The notes beneath the pieces were generated by a model, which saw only the letters and a program-made list of their open reading frames with translations, did no database searches and was not told where the DNA came from. From positions 1 through 5,763 of the forward strand of contig NW_003314719.1 of NCBI RefSeq assembly GCF_000143415.4: DNA of 5,763 nt. The letters are read 5' to 3'. The DNA comes from Selaginella moellendorffii (lineage: Eukaryota > Plantae > Lycopodiophyta). The number at the start of each line of letters is the position of its first letter. Positions within the stretch are counted from its first letter, which is position 1. A program made the position numbers and the translations under genes. Positions 1-5,763 of this stretch are shown here, one piece after another.

Positions 1-838
1 ATTTCGTCGCTCCCCCGGCCCGCACCATTGCGATGGGTTTGACGCTGGGTTTTCGAGCGAGTGGGCAACATCCATGGCTCGGTTTGCGGTGGGACTTGAA
101 CCGTTGGAAAGCTTGCGTGAGTCCACCCGTTTCCACAGAAACGGATCCCGATTTCGTTGCTCCACCGTCCCACACCATTGCAATGGGTTTTGTGCTGTTC
201 CCGTTGCCATATCTCGTGGACCGTGGGCCCCCTTTCGCCCTTGGGCACATGGGAGCAACTGGGGCGGTGCGCGCAACTGGCCCATGTGGCCAAGTACATT
301 TTTCCATGTCCTGGGCGCCTGCTTTTGTGGTTTTTCCCACGGAAGAAGATGCGTCCCACGTGGCGATCCGTGTGCCCGCCCGCACTCCGGCACCAACGGG
401 GCCGGCCGGCGTGACGCCCCGGTCGCGGCCGTGCCAACGGATCGCGGGCCCCATGCGTGGGCTGCCGCCGGGAGTGCATCTCACTCTCGAGGAAAACACC
501 GCACTGGCGCTCGGGCCTGCACTGGAACGCGACCCCAGGAGCGCCGTGGCGAAGCCCGCGTCGAGGGCATCGATCCGAATTGGCTGGGCCCCCCATGCCA
601 TGCTGGCACCGTGCGTGCCTTGTCGAAAACGGCACACCCTTGCGACCGCTGGGCGAAAGGGGCAAACCCCGAGAGGTCCTTGCACCTCCTGTCACTGGAG
701 AGGGTGCCCCCCACGAACACGAACCCAACGGCGCCAGTCCCACGCGAAACGCACGCACGGTTCGCGAGAAAACGGCCCCCAACGCCCGCATTCTCCATTA
801 TTCCGAGAGAATATTCCCTCCACTACTTAAATTGTGCC

Positions 839-843
839 AAAAA
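839..843 (-). terminator. Pol III oligo(dT) terminator, TTTTT (also 2088-2092, 2465-2469, 3714-3718, 5227-5231)
   Basis: T5 on the minus strand directly follows the 3' arm of the terminal stem. Confidence 0.6.
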
Positions 844-859
844 GAGGTGGCTCCGGGTG

Positions 860-870
860 GGTCTCGACCC
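860..870 (-). promoter_or_regulatory. Internal B box, variant GGGTCGAGACC
   Basis: One mismatch to GGTTCRANNCC and to the GTTCGAGACC B box of vertebrate vault RNAs. Confidence 0.55.
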
Positions 871-914
871 AGGGACCTATTTGAGTGGACTTGTTTTTAG
901 ATTGGGGGTCTCTG

Positions 915-925
915 CCACTAGGCCT
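915..925 (-). promoter_or_regulatory. Internal A box, AGGCCTAGTGG
   Basis: Matches TRGCNNARYGG except for the first base and starts about +14 from the predicted 5' end. Confidence 0.55.
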
Positions 926-957
926 CTACCACCTCTCCGTTACATATTTCGTGTCGG

Positions 958-968
958 TTAAATTTATT
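958..968 (-). promoter_or_regulatory. TATA-like element AATAAATTTAA at -30 to -20
   Basis: An 11-bp pure-AT run in a GC-rich unit, at the position expected for TFIIIB/TBP binding. Confidence 0.45.
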
Positions 969-1145
969 GGGTTTGTGGGGGAGGGGGTTTAACTAGCAAA
1001 GGGCGATTATGGGGAGCGCTTAGTGCGATTAAGTGGGGCTTAAGTTGGGGCAATCGCGGCCGTCGGTGCGGTGGGGTGGTTGACCGGCGGCGATGAGTTT
1101 GACCGGCGGTCCCCGTGACACGTGGCTAGGGCTAGGGTCTGGATA

Positions 1146-1440
1146 TGGGTTTTGCGCGAGTGGGCAAGATCCATGGCTCGGTTTGCGGTGGGACTTGAAC
1201 CGTTGGAAAGCTTGCGTGAGTCCACCCGTTTCCACAGAAACGGATCTGGATTTCGTCGCTCCACCGGCCCGCACCATTGCGATGGGTTTGACGCTGGGTT
1301 TTCGAGCGAGTGGGCAACATCCATGGCTCGGTTTGCGGTGGGACTTGAACCGTTGGAAAGCTTGCGTGAGTCCACCCGTTTCCACAGAAACGGATCCCGA
1401 TTTCGTTGCTCCACCGTCCCACACCATTGCAATGGGTTTT
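1146..1440. repeat. Two-copy ~150-bp direct sub-repeat within each unit
   Basis: CCATGGCTCGGTTTGCGGTGGGACTTGAACC...GAAACGGATC starts at 1171 and at 1321. The core is identical and the flanks have diverged (gatctgga/gatcccga, ggcccgcacc/gtcccacacc). Confidence 0.95.
1191..1201 (-). promoter_or_regulatory. Perfect B-box consensus GGTTCAAGTCC in the sub-repeat (also 92-102, 1341-1351, 2817-2827, 2967-2977, 4066-4076, 4330-4340, 4480-4490, 5579-5589, 5729-5739)
   Basis: Exact match to GGTTCRANNCC. No convincing A box or cloverleaf is nearby. Confidence 0.4.
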
Positions 1441-2087
1441 GTGCTGTTCCCGTTGCCATATCTCGTGGACCGTGGGCCCCCTTTCGCCCTTGGGCACATG
1501 GGAGCAACTGGGGCGGTGCGCGCAACTGGCCCATGTGGCCAAGTACATTTTTCCATGTCCTGGGCGCCTGCTTTTGTGGTTTTTCCCACGGAAGAAGATG
1601 CGTCCCACGTGGCGATCCGTGTGCCCGCCCGCACTCCGGCACCAACGGGGCCGGCCGGCGTGACGCCCCGGTCGCGGCCGTGCCAACGGATCGCGGGCCC
1701 CATGCGTGGGCTGCCGCCGGGAGTGCATCTCACTCTCGAGGAAAACACCGCACTGGCGCTCGGGCCTGCACTGGAACGCGACCCCAGGAGCGCCGTGGCG
1801 AAGCCCGCGTCGAGGGCATCGATCCGAATTGGCTGGGCCCCCCATGCCATGCTGGCACCGTGCGTGCCTTGTCGAAAACGGCACACCCTTGCGACCGCTG
1901 GGCGAAAGGGGCAAACCCCGAGAGGTCCTTGCACCTCCTGTCACTGGGGAGGGTGCCCCCCACGAACACGAACCCAACGGCGCCAGTCCCACGCGAAACG
2001 CACGCACGGTTCGCGAGAAAACGGCCCCCAACGCCCGCATTCTCCATTATTCCGAGAGAATATTCCCTCCACTACTTAAATTGTGCC

Positions 2088-2138
2088 AAAAAGAGGTGGC
2101 TCCGGGTGGGTCTCGACCCATGGACCTATTTGAGTGGA
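2088..2138 (-). ncRNA. 3' half of the candidate Pol III ncRNA, cut off at the contig end
   Basis: Matches 839-889 with one mismatch at 2121, then switches to vector-like sequence. Confidence 0.55.
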
Positions 2139-2168
2139 AGTCAGCTGCATGCTGCAGGTCGATCTAGA
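2139..2168 (+). other. Degraded pUC/M13 polylinker (cloning-vector remnant)
   Basis: agtcagctgcatgctgcaggtcgatctaga aligns to AGTGCCAAGCTTGCATGCCTGCAGGTCGACTCTAGA (HindIII-SphI-PstI-SalI-XbaI) with only dropped bases, as expected at a low-quality Sanger read start. Confidence 0.88.
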
Positions 2169-2268
2169 NNNNNNNNNNNNNNNNNNNNNNNNNNNNNNNN
2201 NNNNNNNNNNNNNNNNNNNNNNNNNNNNNNNNNNNNNNNNNNNNNNNNNNNNNNNNNNNNNNNNNNNN
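2169..2268. other. Assembly gap of 100 N
   Basis: Exactly 100 Ns, the usual placeholder for a gap of unknown size. Confidence 0.99.
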
Positions 2269-2464
2269 GCGACGCTGGGCGAAAGGGGCAAACCCCGAGA
2301 GGTCCTTGCACCTCCTGTCACTGGGGAGGGTGCCCCCCACGAACACGAACCCAACGGCGCCAGTCCCACGCGAAACGCACGCACGGTTCGCGAGAAAACG
2401 GCCCCCAACGCCCGCATTCTCCATTATTCCGAGAGAATATTCCCTCCACTACTTAAATTGTGCC

Positions 2465-2564
2465 AAAAAGAGGTGGCTCCGGGTGGGTCTCGACCCAGGG
2501 ACCTATTTGAGTGGACTTGTTTTTAGATTGGGGGTCTCTGCCACTAGGCCTCTACCACCTCTCC
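2465..2564 (-). ncRNA. Candidate vault-RNA-like Pol III ncRNA, full copy 2
   Basis: Identical by eye to 839-938. Confidence 0.65.
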
Positions 2565-3713
2565 GTTACATATTTCGTGTCGGTTAAATTTATTGGGTTT
2601 GTGGGGGAGGGGGTTTAACTAGCAAAGGGCGATTATGGGGAGCGCTTAGTGCGATTAAGTGGGGCTTAAGTTGGGGCAATCGCGGCCGTCGGTGCGGTGG
2701 GGTGGTTGACCGGCGGCGATGAGTTTGACCGGCGGTCCCCGTGACACGTGGCTAGGGCTAGGGTCTGGATATGGGTTTTGCGCGAGTGGGCAAGATCCAT
2801 GGCTCGGTTTGCGGTGGGACTTGAACCGTTGGAAAGCTTGCGTGAGTCCACCCGTTTCCACAGAAACGGATCTGGATTTCGTCGCTCCACCGGCCCGCAC
2901 CATTGCGATGGGTTTGACGCTGGGTTTTCGAGCGAGTGGGCAACATCCATGGCTCGGTTTGCGGTGGGACTTGAACCGTTGGAAAGCTTGCGTGAGTCCA
3001 CCCGTTTCCACAGAAACGGATCCCGATTTCGTTGCTCCACCGTCCCACACCATTGCAATGGGTTTTGTGCTGTTCCCGTTGCCATATCTCGTGGACCGTG
3101 GGCCCCCTTTCGCCCTTGGGCACATGGGAGCAACTGGGGCGGTGCGCGCAACTGGCCCATGTGGCCAAGTACATTTTTCCATGTCCTGGGCGCCTGCTTT
3201 TGTGGTTTTTCCCACGGAAGAAGATGCGTCCCACGTGGCGATCCGTGTGCCCGCCCGCACTCCGGCACCAACGGGGCCGGCCGGCGTGACGCCCCGGTCG
3301 CGGCCGTGCCAACGGATCGCGGGCCCCATGCGTGGGCTGCCGCCGGGAGTGCATCTCACTCTCGAGGAAAACACCGCACTGGCGCTCGGGCCTGCACTGG
3401 AACGCGACCCCAGGAGCGCCGTGGCGAAGCCCGCGTCGAGGGCATCGATCCGAATTGGCTGGGCCCCCCATGCCATGCTGGCACCGTGCGTGCCTTGTCG
3501 AAAACGGCACACCCTTGCGACCGCTGGGCGAAAGGGGCAAACCCCGAGAGGTCCTTGCACCTCCTGTCACTGGGGAGGGTGCCCCCCACGAACACGAACC
3601 CAACGGCGCCAGTCCCACGCGAAACGCACGCACGGTTCGCGAGAAAACGGCCCCCAACGCCCGCATTCTCCATTATTCCGAGAGAATATTCCCTCCACTA
3701 CTTAAATTGTGCC

Positions 3714-3813
3714 AAAAAGAGGTGGCTCCGGGTGGGTCTCGACCCAGGGACCTATTTGAGTGGACTTGTTTTTAGATTGGGGGTCTCTGCCACTAGGCCT
3801 CTACCACCTCTCC
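3714..3813 (-). ncRNA. Candidate vault-RNA-like Pol III ncRNA, full copy 3
   Basis: Identical by eye to 839-938. Confidence 0.65.
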
Positions 3814-3878
3814 GTTACATATTTCGTGTCGGTTAAATTTATTGGGTTTGTGGGGGAGGGGGTTTAACTAGCAAAGGG

Positions 3879-4142
3879 CGATTATGGGGAGCGCTTAGTG
3901 CGATTAAGTGGGGCTTAAGTTGGGGCAATCGCGGCCGTCGGTGCGGTGGGGTGGTTGACCGGCGGCGATGAGTTTGACCGGCGGTCCCCGTGACACGTGG
4001 CTAGGGCTAGGGTCTGGATATGGGTTTTGCGCGAGTGGGCAAGATCCATGGCTCGGTTTGCGGTGGGACTTGAACCGTTGGAAAGCTTGCGTGAGTCCAC
4101 CCGTTTCCACAGAAACGATCTGGATTTCGTCGCTCCACCGGC
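3879..4142. repeat. 264-bp local tandem duplication making one 1513-bp unit
   Basis: At the junction ...CTCCACCGGC|CGATTATGGGG (4142/4143) the sequence restarts at the position equivalent to 3879. This copy lacks one G near 4117 (agaaacgatc). Confidence 0.93.
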
Positions 4143-5226
4143 CGATTATGGGGAGCGCTTAGTGCGATTAAGTGGGGCTTAAGTTGGGGCAATCGCGGCC
4201 GTCGGTGCGGTGGGGTGGTTGACCGGCGGCGATGAGTTTGACCGGCGGTCCCCGTGACACGTGGCTAGGGCTAGGGTCTGGATATGGGTTTTGCGCGAGT
4301 GGGCAAGATCCATGGCTCGGTTTGCGGTGGGACTTGAACCGTTGGAAAGCTTGCGTGAGTCCACCCGTTTCCACAGAAACGGATCTGGATTTCGTCGCTC
4401 CACCGGCCCGCACCATTGCGATGGGTTTGACGCTGGGTTTTCGAGCGAGTGGGCAACATCCATGGCTCGGTTTGCGGTGGGACTTGAACCGTTGGAAAGC
4501 TTGCGTGAGTCCACCCGTTTCCACAGAAACGGATCCCGATTTCGTTGCTCCACCGTCCCACACCATTGCAATGGGTTTTGTGCTGTTCCCGTTGCCATAT
4601 CTCGTGGACCGTGGGCCCCCTTTCGCCCTTGGGCACATGGGAGCAACTGGGGCGGTGCGCGCAACTGGCCCATGTGGCCAAGTACATTTTTCCATGTCCT
4701 GGGCGCCTGCTTTTGTGGTTTTTCCCACGGAAGAAGATGCGTCCCACGTGGCGATCCGTGTGCCCGCCCGCACTCCGGCACCAACGGGGCCGGCCGGCGT
4801 GACGCCCCGGTCGCGGCCGTGCCAACGGATCGCGGGCCCCATGCGTGGGCTGCCGCCGGGAGTGCATCTCACTCTCGAGGAAAACACCGCACTGCGCTCG
4901 GGGCCTGCACTGGAACGCGACCCCAGGAGCGCCGTGGCGAAGCCCGCGTCGAGGGCATCGATCCGAATGGGCTGGGCCCCCCATGCCATGCTGGCACCGT
5001 GCGTGCCTTGTCGAAAACGGCACACCCTTGCGACCGCTGGGCGAAAGGGGCAAACCCCGAGAGGTCCTTGCACCTCCTGTCACTGGGGAGGGTGCCCCCC
5101 ACGAACACGAACCCAACGGCGCCAGTCCCACGCGAAACGCACGCACGGTTCGCGAGAAAACGGCCCCCAACGCCCGCATTCTCCATTATTCCGAGAGAAT
5201 ATTCCCTCCACTACTTAAATTGTGCC

Positions 5227-5326
5227 AAAAAGAGGTGGCTCCGGGTGGGTCTCGACCCAGGGACCTATTTGAGTGGACTTGTTTTTAGATTGGGGGTCTC
5301 TGCCACTAGGCCTCTACCACCTCTCC
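5227..5326 (-). ncRNA. Candidate vault-RNA-like Pol III ncRNA, full copy 4
   Basis: Identical by eye to 839-938. Confidence 0.65.
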
Positions 5327-5763
5327 GTTACATATTTCGTGTCGGTTAAATTTATTGGGTTTGTGGGGGAGGGGGTTTAACTAGCAAAGGGCGATTATGG
5401 GGAGCGCTTAGTGCGATTAAGTGGGGCTTAAGTTGGGGCAATCGCGGCCGTCGGTGCGGTGGGGTGGTTGACCGGCGGCGATGAGTTTGACCGGCGGTCC
5501 CCGTGACACGTGGCTAGGGCTAGGGTCTGGATATGGGTTTTGCGCGAGTGGGCAAGATCCATGGCTCGGTTTGCGGTGGGACTTGAACCGTTGGAAAGCT
5601 TGCGTGAGTCCACCCGTTTCCACAGAAACGGATCTGGATTTCGTCGCTCCACCGGCCCGCACCATTGCGATGGGTTTGACGCTGGGTTTTCGAGCGAGTG
5701 GGCAACATCCATGGCTCGGTTTGCGGTGGGACTTGAACCGTTGGAAAGACTTGCGTGAGTCCA

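Larger units (their letters stand above)
839..938 (-). ncRNA. Candidate ~100-nt Pol III ncRNA with vault-RNA-like architecture, copy 1
   Basis: Minus strand reads GGAGAGGTGGTAGAGGCCTAGTGGCAGAGACCCCCAATCTAAAAACAAGTCCACTCAAATAGGTCCCTGGGTCGAGACCCACCCGGAGCCACCTCTTTTT. It has an A-box-like AGGCCTAGTGG, a B-box-like GGGTCGAGACC, a terminal T5 and no internal T4. The ends pair (AGAGGTGG/CCACCTCT), with inner helices GTGG/CCAC and CAGAGACC/GGTCCCTG. The 5' end is uncertain by a few nt (935-938). Confidence 0.65.
1..5763. repeat. Head-to-tail tandem array of a 1249-bp unit, open at both window ends
   Basis: Position 1 recurs at 1250. The same landmarks recur at offsets +1249, +1626 (across the gap), +2875 and +4388 (=2875+1249+264). 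Copies differ at only a few positions, e.g. 14, 699, 2121, ~4894-4902, 4969 and 5749. Confidence 0.98.

Noticed and set aside
223-592. Plant-type site II/TCP (TGGGCY) and G-box motifs as a clue to the taxon
   Set aside because: Short GC-rich motifs are expected by chance at this composition and cannot assign the organism.
844-935. tRNA (Leu/Ser/Sec-like) gene on the minus strand
   Set aside because: A and B boxes are present, but there is no D stem or anticodon stem, no TTC in the T loop, and the acceptor-to-T-arm geometry is wrong. A tRNA-derived origin is not excluded.
844-938. The same hairpin RNA transcribed from the + strand
   Set aside because: The + strand has an internal TTTTT (894-898) and no A/B boxes. 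All promoter and terminator signals point to the minus strand.
839-1000. 5S rRNA, spliceosomal snRNA, Y RNA or spliced-leader RNA, the usual cargo of ~1-kb arrays
   Set aside because: No recognisable 5S, U1-U6 or Y motifs were seen. GGTTTAACTAGCAAAG near 986 only loosely resembles nematode SL1 and lacks a properly placed donor and Sm site.
1126-1137. Telomeric repeat, (CTAGGG)2
   Set aside because: Only two variant copies, which is too short to support the call.
1146-1440. CRISPR array or hammerhead-ribozyme (retrozyme-like) repeat
   Set aside because: There are no unique spacers, and no CUGANGA core was seen on either strand.
1029-2456. Long ORFs of 200-440 aa in several frames, repeated in every unit
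   Set aside because: They overlap on both strands, are rich in Arg/Pro/Gly/Ala, show no recognisable domain and some run through Ns. This is expected from stop-poor GC-rich DNA.

Overview
The whole window is a head-to-tail tandem array of a near-identical, GC- and CpG-rich 1249-bp unit from a Sanger-era, probably eukaryotic, draft assembly. It also contains a 100-N gap, a degraded pUC/M13 polylinker beside the gap and a 264-bp local duplication. No credible protein-coding gene is present. Each unit carries a candidate ~100-nt RNA polymerase III gene on the minus strand (839-938, 2465-2564, 3714-3813, 5227-5326, plus a truncated copy at 2088-2138). This gene has an internal A box, a variant B box, a T5 terminator, an AT-rich box at about -30 and a panhandle fold. 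Its organisation resembles vault RNA and it does not form a tRNA cloverleaf. Upstream, a 150-bp sub-repeat supplies two perfect co-oriented extragenic B boxes per unit. The vault-like identity is inferred from architecture only; no database search was run and the organism is unknown.
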